A stretch of DNA of 64,000 bases from Cirrosporium novae-zelandiae. Its lineage: Eukaryota. The position numbers were made by a program, and so were the translations under genes. The notes beneath the pieces are model-generated. The model was not told where the DNA came from. It saw nothing but the letters and a program-made list of their open reading frames with translations, and did not search any database. Within the stretch, counting starts at the first letter, position 1. Each line of letters starts with the position of its first letter. This document shows positions 37,095-50,079 of this stretch, in pieces. Where the stretch lies: the NCBI GenBank assembly GCA_026023565.1, contig JAPETS010000017.1:558001-622000 (forward strand). Direction: 5' to 3'.

Positions 37095-37741
37095 AGATAA
37101 TAGCCTGGACTCTAACAAACCCGAGGATAAATAGATGAGATGGAGAAAGCCACGGAGACTGCAATTTCTTGATGGTAAAGCGAGCGCTCGGGTTGGGAAT
37201 ATAGTAGGTAGAACTTTACTATAGATAGACCTCGAGGGGGCCATGTGAAGAAGGCCCGTCAATAGTAAAACAAAAAAAACCTAAAGAGTATAGACATTTC
37301 AATGGATTTTAAGTAGCGTGTGGTAGTCATATACCCACTATAGTAAGGATGAAGGAGCAATAAGAATTTCCCCCAAGCCAAGGCACACGAAGCCTAGACG
37401 ATATAACAACTAAGGCCTCTCAAATAAGAAAAATCTTAGGACTCGGTCGATCATGGCTTGCTGCTCTGTGAGATAAGTGGAAGATCTGGTACCCACTGAA
37501 ATAGGTAAAAGGTCTTGCTCTATACAGAATACTGTAAACGAATCGCAGCCACTTAGGCCATGGAATATTATTTAGCCTCCTAAGCTTCGTCTTCTTACAC
37601 AGGAGAATATCATATCGATAGGGCACCCCTAAAAGCATCCGACTCACGGGCCCGAAACAATAAATAAGTAATAATTGAACATCGCAGCAGCCCTCATTTT
37701 ATTCGCTCAACTGGAAGCAGCCTACCGCATATGCTCAATGC

Positions 37742-40664
37742 CTACTTTGGATCTGTCATAACACCTTCATAATCTCGAGACGTAATTGTTTCCAGTGTTC
37801 GTTCAAAGTGTTTTTTAGGATTTTCCAATGTCATGCTTTCTTGGTTTGTTTGGAGGTTCGAATGTATTAATTCGATCAGGCCATTGAGGTATTTTGTGGT
37901 CACCTGCTAAACGTTAGCTTCTAGATATCCACCTAAAGAGGATAGTTATCAGCTCTGACCGTATCGTTCTTCTGCTCATAATAGTACACGTAACGATTGA
38001 GAATCTCTACGAACAGCTCAACAGACACTGCTGTATCCATGCAGGCATCTGCCACTCGTAGCGCCCGTTGTAGGCATTCAAGAACCCGTTTTCCATCGCG
38101 ATATAGCTATTGGTCGTATTAGAAAACTTAGGTAATCAGAATTAAATTTATATACTCACATCTGTATCTGGTGATTCTCCTTTTGCTGGAATAGGTGTAG
38201 CCCACCACAGATGGCTGGCAAGATAAACAGCTCTGCATTGGTCTGGCTTCTTTAATAGTTTGCTACCATGGAGAGCACACTTTGTGATCAGTGTATCGTA
38301 ATTTTCTTTGCTGAAACCTCTTGTTTGGTGTAATGCACTAGCAACAACACAGACAGCTTGGAATTGAGCCCTTGAATCACTAACAGCTTCCTCGTAGATC
38401 GTAAATGCCTGCGCAAAAAATTCGTAGCTCACTTCTTCGAACCCAGTCTGGTCTGCTATTTGACCACAAGATATGAACAGGCGAAGACAGAGGTCTGCAG
38501 CTCCATTGACACGGGTATATAATGTCGATATCGAACTATGCATGAACTTATAAAGGGCCGAGGACTGTGAAGACCAATTATCGTCATAGTGCTCCCGAGT
38601 TTTGAATTTTCGGGCTAGTTTCCAAGAAGCGGTCAATAAAGCAGGTGTGGTATATTTTATACGTTCGTTTCCCTCCCCAAAAGCTTTTCTGGCGGTTTGA
38701 AGCAGCTGGAACACGTCAGTATTGGCGCCTGGATAATTTCTTAGTCATTGATACAAACCTTGAATTGAGTGTCATTGTTAGAGCCTTGTATATAGTGCAC
38801 TATACGTGCTAGCCACCCTTGTTCCTCTATCGTCTCATCTGTTTCCATCCCTCTCCTTTGAGTTTGCATTCCGGCATAACCCACTGGCTGTTGCATACCT
38901 TCCTTGATTAACACCCTCAATACCTCGAGAATACCATCTAATTGTTCTGTTGTTGATATCTTAGTCTGACTGTGCAAAATATTTTTTGCGACTTCTCCGC
39001 CCACTGCCCGTCTTGTGGGATATGTTTGAGAATGAAGAAGAGGAAGGAAATTAGGTAACGCGAGAGCAGTGAATAGAGAAACGTATGATTTTATGGGGGC
39101 GAGTAGAAGATTAAGGATGTTTTCCTGTGTAGGAGCAGAGTGTAAGTCTGAGGTATTAGTGTACTGCTTAACTTTTTCATTCGCATAGGCCAGTACTTGA
39201 TCCACATATTCAAGCCGATCAGGGTAGATATTCAATGCCAGGTTCGCCAATGAATAGAGAAGTGCCATCACATCCTGGATGGGCAATCTTTGGGCATTGA
39301 CTAGATTTATTACTTGGTCATAAAATATTTCGTAGAGTTTGACGTCTGGTGGAATGCCCTTGGATTCCTCTTTCTGCTCGCCATTTGTCGTTGTCAAGTC
39401 GTCTGTTTTCAGTGTTGTACCATCCACAGTTTGCGCGTCGGCATTGTCTGCAGTTGCTATAGGATGGTCCGTATCATCTGCAGAGGTACCATTTGCTTCC
39501 ATCCCATTTGGCTGTTCGCCATCAGCCCGGTCCGAAGTCGTTGCGGCGGTCTCGGCTTCTGGGGATATGTGCAGTTTGTTCAATAATCGCAATGCTGCCT
39601 CCTCCTCAAGCTTTCTACGAGCTTCTGGCATTTCATTGTCCTTATTAGCTAATGCTGACAAACGGTCCATAAGGCCAATGACGATGTTCTTAATGTTGAC
39701 ATGAGGATTGAGGCGCGCAACAGCAGATAGGAACTGATCGAGGGTATGAAGATGGTATTCATCGGGGAAAACTTTGGTTATAACTATCACACATCAGCAT
39801 TTACTTCTCAAAAGTTTTAGTAATAGAATACCTACCTTCTAAAAGGTATTCTTGTGCTAAGACATCTCGGCATTGGACAACTTGCTCCAATAACGGAGCC
39901 AATATAACAGTCTTGTAGGCATTCAGATCCACCAATTGGCTTAAGCGAACCAAGTTGTAACCCACTAACAGTTGGAGCTGTTCGCGCTCTTTCATCCTTT
40001 GCTCTCTTTCCCTTGATGGTCCTTGATGTTGTAGCCGTACCCATAGTTTATTCATTTCCACGAAATTGGTAAGAATGAAGCTAATTGAGTCTTGAAGGTT
40101 GCCTTCTGGTCCATCTCCACTGCCTTTGGGGAGGTGATCCCTCGCTTGTCCAACGAGATAATATCGCAAAAACAAGCCGCGAATTGGGTGTTGAATACCA
40201 CGGCTCATTTCCATCATATCTCGCATTAGTTCTTTTACTGGCGCATTTCCTATAGACATATAGACAGTGCCGACCGTTATCATAAGGTAAAGGCGAGGTA
40301 TTATGTTGCCAGCATATTGAACGAGCTCATATAGGTCGGCGAGGTGATTGACAGGATGGTTTTCGCGGAGATGATCGGCGAGAACACTAAGCGCATCAAA
40401 AACGGCCATGTAGAGCTCATAGTACTGTTTAGGTCCAAGGCTACTGGTTCTTAACTCAGATACCAATGTCGAGCTGTATGTTAGAGGCGATTAGCATATC
40501 TCACTAGCTATTCCAGGAAGATTAACCACAAACACATATTTCAGAGCATCCATAAGCTTTCCAGGCATCTCTAGACATCTTTTCATATGTATTGTCTGCT
40601 GCCTCACAACGCTTAATGCATCCTCAAGCAGACGAGCTTGATCCTCCGGCGGGGGTGATGCCAT
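37742..40664 (-). CDS. VPS35: Retromer subunit Vps35, multi-exon
   Basis: [45 protein letters not shown] and [12 protein letters not shown]; canonical introns. Confidence 0.97.
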
Positions 40665-41598
40665 GGCCGAAGGCTCCTGGGAGTTTCTTCGCGACTGTGA
40701 TTGGGAACTTATTGGGGTTTCGCGCGGCGGGGAAGGCAGTTCAATGATTAAAAGTTCACCGTTGAGGCAAAGGAGTATTCGCCCACTGTTGTTAGATATT
40801 ATACGACCACGCCTGAGAAGTCGTTGATCATGCTCAGAGAGTATGGTTTTGACTTGAAGGTCAGGGCTGCTGGCCCGGGGTCCTTCTTGGCAGCTCATGT
40901 TGACTTAAACCTAAAACGTAACAGATTCCATGAAACACTGTATTCTGATCGCATATCTAATTCTACACAGTGGATTACCATGAATTTATGTGGGCGTTTG
41001 AAGACTCAAATTACCTCTACTGGTTGCAACCACCTTTTATTGAGAGACATGGATTTTTTGGATTCCTTGAAATTACCTTGCCATTTCAACTAGATACCAG
41101 GATAAAAGCCAAGATAGAAGCTATTTTGAACCATCGTAAAGCACCAGCTCAAGGGGCAATCAGTCCGCCAGACTACAAACAGGATTTTGACACACAATTT
41201 TTTCGCAACGCATTTCAGCCCAAAATCAGCCTTATTACCCTATTTTTTAGCCTTCGAACTATACTCGTGATGACAAACAGCTACGCCAACTTGGTACAAA
41301 ACATTGATTGTATATGGATATCTCTATCATTCTCTAGTTTAAAGTTCAAAAGGCTTTCATTTTCATTGAGTATATTGACATGTCTGTACATGTTATAAAC
41401 AGCTTGTTCTTTTGCTCGTACTTTCATAAACTCCATCATTACCAACAATGCCATCCTATAGACCCATACCATTATATTCGCCCGAAAATGCAGGAGTCGT
41501 TCTATCCTCTAATCTTTACCCCTAAATCATAGTACATATAAATATCATTAGTCTTATATCACTTATCTTCCAAAGCGTTCCCATTCGTGACAAGATTA

Positions 41599-42678
41599 CT
41601 AGTAATTAGCAATGTTGTAAGTCTTGGTCGAATTCCATGATCGTGTTGTTAGGTTGTATGACTTCCTTAGAAGTCCGTTGTTATTAGAAGTCATGATCGG
41701 GTCCCAGTTGCGAGTAAGGTTAGCAGTCCTCTTGACATGCTCCGTAGAATTCATGATCGGTGTCCAGTTAACCACTAAGGTAGAAGCTCTCTTCATAGGC
41801 ACCCCAGTTGAGTACACTTCCTTCACAGGTTCAGTAGGAGAATATGCTCGTTTTATTGGATGTGCGTGTCGTTCGGACTTGGTGGAGTTGATAGCGCGTA
41901 ATGGTGCTGTGAAATTGAAAGATCTCATTTTCATAGACGAATCAGTGGAATAAGCTCTAGAAACAAGCTCGGCAGTGGAATCCGCTCTCTCCATTGGCGC
42001 AGCTGTATTATTCCAACTTGAGAATAAACCTGTAAGGTTGTGAGACCTCTTGATGGGTTTAGATGTTCTGGTAAAAGTTGGGACCTCTGTGGAGTTGACA
42101 TCTTCACTTTCGCGAGAAGGGAGAGTTGGTAATGGCAGAAGAGAGGAAGTCGTAGCAACACCAGTAGGGAGAGCTCGTCCTATAAGAAACCCTGATAGCG
42201 CAGAAGTTGGGTAAGACTCGTGAGCTAGGCTCGACGCGTTTAAAAACGGATAATAGGTAGAGACCTGACCGCTAGCATAAGATTGAACAATGGTTGGTTG
42301 GCCTCCAAAAGGAGAAGATGTTGTGATTGGCGTTGAACTTTCTGAGATGGTTGTTATTGTGTATGGTACTGCCGTAGCTGTCTCGGTAACCACAATGGCT
42401 TGCACGGAGTCGCTCTCAAGAAAGGTTGAGATCACAGTTTCCGTTTCTCCTGGCAAGGTTGTAGCAATGATCTCTGTAGTTTCGATGGTCTGAATTTCTG
42501 TTTTTGTCTCCACTGCCGGTGTAGATATGCCACCGTCAACAGCGACAACAGAATAACGGATAGGTTTTCGTTCCTGTATCTGATGTGCTTCCAAAGGTCT
42601 TGGTGCTAAGGGGAGGGCACGGCTTAGAAAGGCTAGCGATGATAATGTGAAGAATATGGAGGTTGGAGTTAAAATCAT
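41599..42678 (-). CDS. Secreted Ser/Thr-rich glycoprotein with repeated KR/R and N-x-T/S units
   Basis: Signal-peptide-like MILTPTSIFFTLSSLAFLSRALP, a Thr-rich middle region and a periodic C-terminal half; intronless ORF. Confidence 0.75.
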   Translation of the reverse strand: MILTPTSIFFTLSSLAFLSRALPLAPRPLEAHQIQERKPIRYSVVAVDGGISTPAVETKTEIQTIETTEIIATTLPGETETVISTFLESDSVQAIVVTETATAVPYTITTISESSTPITTSSPFGGQPTIVQSYASGQVSTYYPFLNASSLAHESYPTSALSGFLIGRALPTGVATTSSLLPLPTLPSRESEDVNSTEVPTFTRTSKPIKRSHNLTGLFSSWNNTAAPMERADSTAELVSRAYSTDSSMKMRSFNFTAPLRAINSTKSERHAHPIKRAYSPTEPVKEVYSTGVPMKRASTLVVNWTPIMNSTEHVKRTANLTRNWDPIMTSNNNGLLRKSYNLTTRSWNSTKTYNIANY

Positions 42679-43637
42679 CGTGAGAGAGGCTGTAGTTGAA
42701 GGATGAAGTGGTATAGGTATAGGAAGTAACTTGTAAAGCGGAATCAAATAGATATCAAAATTGCTTTAAAGAGGATGGCAGTATATAGGTCTTGAAAGAT
42801 TCTTTAGATAAGGCAGTATAGATTAGGCGATTAATGTTTTGGAGTTAAAAATATCATGTATATGATTGAAAGATGCTAAGGATGTAGAACCGTTTAAGTA
42901 GAGCGAAGAAGACTACTATTATAATTTATAACCTACCCAAACTCCAAGAATTGTATGGCTGGGACGCACAGCCTAGAGGTATGTGTCATTATTCGAAGGT
43001 TAGCAATGACATGTGTCTTCCCGCCATCCATTTTTAGACTGGGACAATCAATAAGACAATTTGTATATTTTCCATCTGATTGCTTGAAGGATGGTTATTA
43101 ACGTTATTGCCCCATAGCCCAGCCATCGCATTCGTGGATCTGGTGGCTGGAGTGGCTGGCCGTCTCGCTTAAATATCGCTTTTGGGGCAGGGGATCCACA
43201 ATACCGCGACACCAGAGCCACCCATCAAGAATATACAGCTCAACCGGGGTCTTGTGAAACATATTTTGGATATAGATGGTTGGGGTTATACAATAGTTAA
43301 ATAATATCCGGTTTAGGCTGTCCCTTTCTCCAAAACCTGAGGGTTTCTATCTGCAGGAGCGTTGTTCCTGTTGACTGGAATTACGGCCCTTGTTTCACCG
43401 TTAGCCCGAACGGAATTTAAACCTTATGCTCGGTCCGATACCTTAATTCCGATAGGAGCAGCCCGAAGCTAATTACCTAGGCACGCCATGATACCTTAAT
43501 TTTTGGGCTGCAGCCTATAATTACAGGATCAGTGTTAATGAGACATATTAGGCGCCTATTTTATACGACCGACTTATCTTCCGCATGTCACATTCTGTCA
43601 TTCCCTTTCCCTTCTTGTGGGTTTCAAATATGCAGTT

Positions 43638-44972
43638 ATGCCCAGCAGACGCTCTCACCAAAATTCTCATCATGGCTGTAGGCGATGCAAATCGATGAAA
43701 GTTAAAGTGAGACGTTTTTTAATTCTTCCATCCCCTTTCTGTCCCCTGTATTATTCCCCCCCTTGTACAATAATAGTTATTTGATGGACATTCCATAGGC
43801 TAGTACAATAGGAATATTTCTATGTTATTGTGCTGTATTTGTAGCTGACCTACATCAAGTGCGATGAAGCAAAACCCTCTTGTTCTCGATGCAGCAAAAG
43901 AAATCGGCACTGCATGTACAATGATTTACTCTCATCATATGATTCAACCCCAGAGCAGACTTCCAAGCGTCAGCTGCCGAATCAAATAGTAAAGGAGGAT
44001 TCGTATACACAGCAGCTAGGTCTAAACTTTGCATATTCAACTATTCCCCGAGGTCTTTCCTCGTGCATCAACAAGAATGACCAAATGCTCTATCACCACT
44101 ATATCAACATTATATCCGAGTCTACCCCCTTCAAATCACCTGAAGAAAACTTCAGCAGATGGGACTCTTCAGTCCGCCGATACGTTATGACCCATGAATT
44201 CCTCTATCACGGCGTTCTGGCCTTTTCCTCTCTTCACCTCGCCACGCTTTACTCGAACGCCAGTAATACGTACGTATGCATAGCGTTAAAGCATCAGAAC
44301 ACAGCTCTAACCAGCTTTCGACCAATTCTTGATAAAATTTCGTCCGAAAACTGCGAAGCGTCTCTTGCATTTGGAGGCCTCACCATTCTCTGTACTTTCG
44401 CTTTTCCATTGATTGCTCTTCCGCAAAATACAGCATTGTTTGACCCAGTTAAGGACATGAAGCAAATAATATCCCTTTTTAGTGGGGTAGTCACGCTATA
44501 TCGCATGGGCTGGCAATCGGCATTAGATAAAGGTCTTGCCCCTTTCCTTCGGCAAAAAGTGTTGTCTGCGCAAGCTCAAGAAATCCCTGCGCCCAAAGCC
44601 GAATCATCCTTAAACCTGCTCTTAGCACTCGCCGTCATGCACCTAGAGGATAAAGAAGTGAAATCAGCCTACTTGTTCATTATTCATAAACTCAGAAAGA
44701 CTTTCCGTCGGGTCGCCGCCCACCCCCGTGTTGCCAGCTTCGTGTTTTGGTGGCCAGCTATGGTAGCCCCGGTTTACGGTATTATGTTGGAAGGACAAGA
44801 TCCAATAGCGCTTATTATTCTGGCACATTGGGCTGTTTGTCTTCATAGTATCCAGCATTTCTGGTTCGTGAATAAATGGGGCAAGCATATAGTGAAAACT
44901 GTGGCGGCGCTGATAGGCAGAGGGTGGCAAAAGTTTATTGAATGGCCAATACAGGAGGTAGGTTTGGTTTGA
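43638..44972 (+). CDS. Zn(II)2Cys6 transcription factor (Upc2-like architecture; intron 43707-43859)
   Basis: Spliced RRSHQNSHHGCRRCKSMKVK|CDEAKPSCSRCSKRNRHC; fungal TF domain HEFLYHGVLAFSSLHL...ALIILAHW...W. Confidence 0.9.
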
Positions 44973-46457
44973 AACAATGGGTGGGTAACCGATACATAAA
45001 ATTTGGCTGTAAAATTTACTGTGATACAAGGAAATTGTTCCTGGCTAAATTTTGAAGGCAAAGGTCAGGATCAGCGATGGCATTCATTTGGTTCGATGAA
45101 TGAGAGGTATATGAATATTCAAATGCTCCGTTCACCATCTACTATACCTATTCAACCCGTAATATTACTGTGCACGTTTTTCAGGGTCAAAATTTACTGT
45201 GACGATTAATCACTCTGGGTTGTCACTAGAATTAGATTATATGGTAATGATGTTGGCTTTAAAGATAGGATGATTCGCCCAGGGGCTATTCATCAGTGCA
45301 GGTAATAGAGTGTAGAGGCGGTATGGACGGCGCTCCTTTCTCTTTCCACTTACGGATTTTAAAAGACAAGAGTATAATAGTAATCTATCAACTTGTGAGA
45401 CTATAGCCACACTACACAATCTCCAGGTAGGGCGAAAACACCAGCAGGGTCAAGGACATTGACATTAGGGTGCGATAATTGTCGTCTTGTAGATTGTAAC
45501 GCATCTAGAAATGAAGAGAAACATAGAGGTTAATGTAAACGGAACCTGCCTTTGACATATAGCTCATAGCTAGCAGACAATATTCCAAGGACTCTGCTTT
45601 GGATGGCCTATTTTAAGTCACATCTTGTGAATCCCCATAATTTGCATGCCACACTCTGGAATCGAGTTTAGAAAAACTGATTTCTAATGACCTAGGATTT
45701 CTAGCTATCCATCTATAGCCAATATGGGACTGCGTTATGAGAAGTAGAAGCTTAGAAACGCGGGCAAACATCAATTTCCTCCTTGAGATAGGATTTATTT
45801 AAAGTTGAGGTATGACAAGTACTGGCACTATGATGGAACTAAATTTCACACACAGATATCTATTGTCGAAAACTATACCACTTCTGGAAGCCAGAAACAC
45901 CGTCCATCTCTCATCTCTGCAACGCACTTCAGCCATCTCGATGATAATATTTTTTGTTCAAATTTATAGTAGCAAAACTTGTCTCCTGATCAACATCATG
46001 TCCACATCCACCCCTGAAGGTCGAATCGTACCACCTAGTTGCATCCATTCTGATCCTTCAAGATTTCCTTCGAGGATAGTACAACCTCAAATGGGTGGTA
46101 TTTCTACTAGTGACCATATTGAAAACCGATCAAGAACGACCCCGGGACATTTATTGACATAGGGATATCCAGCGTATCTGATGGTACCGGTGAAACAATA
46201 AATAGGGGAATCCCCTCAGAGGTGAGATAGATACTGTCAGTATGGAGAAACATGTCCGTAAGAAGTGAGTTCACTAAACACCTGGCATCTCCAACGCTTA
46301 GTAGCATGAAGCGATCCTCTAGTATTCCAGAGCTTAAATAGCCTGCGAGCTGCACAATCTGAATGTGTTACTATTATATGTATCAACAGTCATTTTTTTC
46401 CATTCCTCTTAACCTCTTCTTCTCCAACCCACCGAGATTTTCACACATCCACTATTC

Positions 46458-48320
46458 ATGATGATTATGTTACTGTATTTGGTAGTTTTCACCGTTCAGA
46501 TTTTTCATGCTCATAGTACTGATTTACCAATTGTTGACCTTGGATATGTTCGTATTGCACACCAAATCCGTTCTACATTACTAAAACTTTAACAGGAGCG
46601 GCACCAGGCAATTGGTTTCCAGGTTGGTTCCTTCTAGTCCAATCGAAATCCCTTTCTAAGACTTTGTTTGCAGGCAGATGGAGACTTTTACAATTTCTCA
46701 AATATTAGATATGGCCAACCGCCTTTAGGAAACCTTCGGTTCAGAGCATCGTTACTTCCAACAGACAATAGTTCTATAATCAATAACGGATCAGTTGGAA
46801 GAATCTGCCCCCAATCAACAGGAGCATGGGCGACTATATCCAGCGCATTTTCGAAGGCCTACCTCGCTGGTGCTTTTTTCAATTACACCGAAGCTGCCGC
46901 TGCACTTCCAGCAACACCAGACAACTCTTTCTATGACCCCAGAACAACTGAAGACTGCTTATTTTTAGACGTATACGTCCCACAAAAGATATTCAATTCC
47001 TCTGTTCAAAGCCAAGGGGCACCGGTCTTGGTATGGGTGAGTTTTAGTCATTTCTACCGGTGTCCTACTCGGAACGGCGCTGAAATAAGAATTAGATGTT
47101 TGGTGGCGGTTACACCTCCGGCGAAAAGAACGGCGATGGCCAATTTGATCCTACAACTTTTATCCGTGCGAGTGAATCAGGTCTCATTTTTGTTGCAATA
47201 AACTATCGTTTAGGTGCTTTTGGTTGGCTTGCAGGTTCAGCTTTGCAGGCTGATGGTACTGCTAATGCTGGACTATACGATCAAAGGTTAGCCCTTGAGT
47301 GGGTTCAAGAATACATCTACTTGTTTGGTGGTGATAAAGATCGGGTGACTGTACTAGGAAAGTCTGCTGGAGCAGGTTCCCTCATGCATCAAATCACGGC
47401 ATTTGGGGGGACTTATGAATCTTCGTTATTCTCCCAAGCTATTGTTTCGTCGCCCGCCTTTTTCCCAAATCCCACAAAAGATATTGCAGAACAAGTCTTC
47501 CAAGACTTTTTGACTCTATTGAATGTTAGCACTCTCGAGGAGGCCCGCCGCCTTCCCTCAGAAATCTTAATTTGGGCGAATACACTACAAATCTCCAGAT
47601 CTTCTTATGGAAGCAACACCTATGGGCCTGTTGTTGATGGCATCATCGCACCGGCTCTACCCGGACAACTTCTAGCAAATGGTTCCTTTGACAAAAGCAT
47701 CAATATTATGGTGGCTCATAATCTGGATGAAGGTCTAATTTTTACATGTCCAATGATAAACAATTCTGAAGCCTATACTGAATATCTGCAATCAAGTTTT
47801 CCTCATGCTTCTACAGGAGTGCTTGATTACATTGCTACGGTTCTATATCCACCAATCTTTAACGGATCCTATGGCTATAAAACAGAATTTGGAAGGGCTG
47901 TGCAGACAATATCTGATTCTATATTTACCTGCAACACTAACTACCTAGATCGGGGGTTTAACAATCAATCTTACGCTTGTATGCGTTTTGTGCAATCCCG
48001 CTCGTTGCTACTTTAGCTAATATGCATCTCTAGACAAATTCTCCGTTTACCCCGGCACTCATGGGCAAGATACGTCGTATATCTTCTTGAAGGATTTCAA
48101 CAGCTCGACCTCAGTGAACGTCACTATAGCAGGGGCAATGCAAAACTACATTGCGAGTTTTGTAGTTAACGGAGTCCCATTAGGAGCTGGCGTGCCGACA
48201 ATTCCAAGATATGGAACGGAAAATCTGCTTATGAATTTGAGTAACACGGGGATTGGACTAGCGAGGGATGATACCGCAAACTATCGTTGTTCTTGGTGGC
48301 AGAAGGCACTGTATTACTGA
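46458..48320 (+). CDS. Secreted type-B carboxylesterase (5 exons, including a 27-nt microexon at 46596-46622)
   Basis: Signal peptide, LPIVDLGY, NIRYGQPPLGNLRF, EDCLFLDV, GGGY, NYRLGAFG, G-x-S-A-G, NLDEG and GTHGQD. Confidence 0.9.
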
Positions 48321-49233
48321 GACTGTGCTTCTTTAGGGCTGGATCTGCTTTCGAATTTTGTAAAATAATTGATAGTGGCTTTCTAACCAATCAGAAGTGC
48401 CCTTTAATATTTGAAACTCCAGCTTTACAGCATAGTTAAATGCTTTTAAAACCGTCAAGAAAATATGGAACTAGAACAGGGCGACATCTAATTAGCTATT
48501 ACAAACTTCTAAATCCTGAGGCTCTGGGTCGGGAACTTCAGAGCTAGGAAATATTCCTCGGGCACGGGACGGAACGGAATCTCAGTGATTGATAGGGACT
48601 CAGAGAGAAGGTTAATGTTTGTTATCTGCTCCCAACCTCCTTTAAGCCCAACAAAACCCAAATCTACATCTGTGGTATCCTCCCCTGGGAGTTGGTGGAC
48701 CAGGAAACCGATATCGGGTTGGAAATTTTTTCAAGAATTTCCGCCGGGGGTAGCCAAAGTACTCAACAGACCCCCTCCAATTCCTCACCGCCCTGGGTCT
48801 AGAAGAACGAGGCGCGGAAATTGGGAATCAACGTTCATGATTTGGCTTACTGATGATAGGCGTTATCGCCCCGCTCGAAAGCTTCCCTTGAGGCCAACTT
48901 ATTAAATATTACTTTATCACACAGTATGACAACTGCTATTCTAATTTACGTGAGACAAGCATTACCCTCTTATAGGCAAAACATGTCATTGGATGGCGTC
49001 ATTGTTATCATATTATTATGGCAATAAAAAGACAATCTCTTGATTGGCACTTGGACCGAGCACCTTGGTGGTTAACTGGGAGTCCCTTGCTGACCTCGTC
49101 GAAGCTCTATAAGGACCAAAATATCCCCCGAGGAAATAATTTCAACCGTTGAGAATCTTGAAAATATTCCCAAAAGCTTAGCATCCTATCAGCATTTACT
49201 ACTAGACCATTGATTATTCTCACAGTGGTCATT

Positions 49234-50079
49234 ATGCCCGGGTTGTCCTTCCCCGCAGCTCGACGACCTCACCTCCTCACCCTCCCACCTGAGATTCGCC
49301 TCTTGATCCTAGAGTATCTTCTCCTCCCAGGCCCCACACGGACTTTGAGTATTCGATCCGAAAAGCCTAAAGTGTACCGGCTTATGAAACATAGCAAGTA
49401 TCGGTCACGGTCATCGTATTGGGTCCTGTGTGAGCGAATGCGAGCCCAATGCCTAGAAACAACTTATCATCTCGTCAATAACCCGGGAATCGATACGGCC
49501 ATCCTTCCCATAAACCGCAAACTCTATCACGAAGCCTGCCACGTACTCTATTCTCGGTATACATTTGATTTCCACACTGATATCGAGGCCGTGATTCCAT
49601 TCATGGCGGATCTGTCCTTGGTATCTCGCAACTCTATTCAAAGTATTGATCTATGGAAGCGTCCACTACCTAGGGTAAAGGAATTCGATAGGGCAGAATG
49701 GCGGAATACTTGCGAGTATCTGCGCGCGCAAATGCATCTTGACCGGCTTGGTCTTCATATTATCGGTGGGAGACCACTTCCGACTTTCCGAACGGGCCAG
49801 AAATTTAATGCTGAGACTTTCAAGGCCTTAGAATATATAGAGGGACAGGATAATATGGCATGGGTCCAGGATTTACGGTCCATTAAAGGACTACGGAAGC
49901 TAGACGTCGTTGCTCAGATTCAGCATTGTCCGCCTCCAGTATCCAAAGCCATGTCTTTTTATATTATCTTCTCATCCTCCATCGAAGAGGGCTTTGCTGA
50001 GTACTTGCGTACGGAAATGATCGCGCCTGCCCGTACACGGGGAAACCCCTCATTTAAAGCGCAATATCTTCAACTCTGA
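49234..50079 (+). CDS. Hypothetical protein with N-terminal F-box-like motif
   Basis: LLTLPPEIRLLILEYLL and ILPINRKLYHEACHVLY; 280-aa open frame. Confidence 0.75.
   Translation: MPGLSFPAARRPHLLTLPPEIRLLILEYLLLPGPTRTLSIRSEKPKVYRLMKHSKYRSRSSYWVLCERMRAQCLETTYHLVNNPGIDTAILPINRKLYHEACHVLYSRYTFDFHTDIEAVIPFMADLSLVSRNSIQSIDLWKRPLPRVKEFDRAEWRNTCEYLRAQMHLDRLGLHIIGGRPLPTFRTGQKFNAETFKALEYIEGQDNMAWVQDLRSIKGLRKLDVVAQIQHCPPPVSKAMSFYIIFSSSIEEGFAEYLRTEMIAPARTRGNPSFKAQYLQL

Noticed and set aside
37118..37194. 8-bp inverted repeat AACCCGAG...CTCGGGTT after the DUF1749 stop
   Set aside because: Too short, with no TSD or internal pairing; compatible with chance.
40474..40540. VPS35 intron 1 with an odd donor region
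   Set aside because: A GTTTGT donor and CAG acceptor keep the frame ([11 protein letters not shown]), so no non-canonical splicing is needed.
40970..41398. 142-aa plus-strand ORF upstream of VPS35
   Set aside because: No motifs or splice support; cannot be distinguished from a chance ORF.
45812..46355. Short ORFs upstream of the carboxylesterase
   Set aside because: No recognisable domain; left unannotated.
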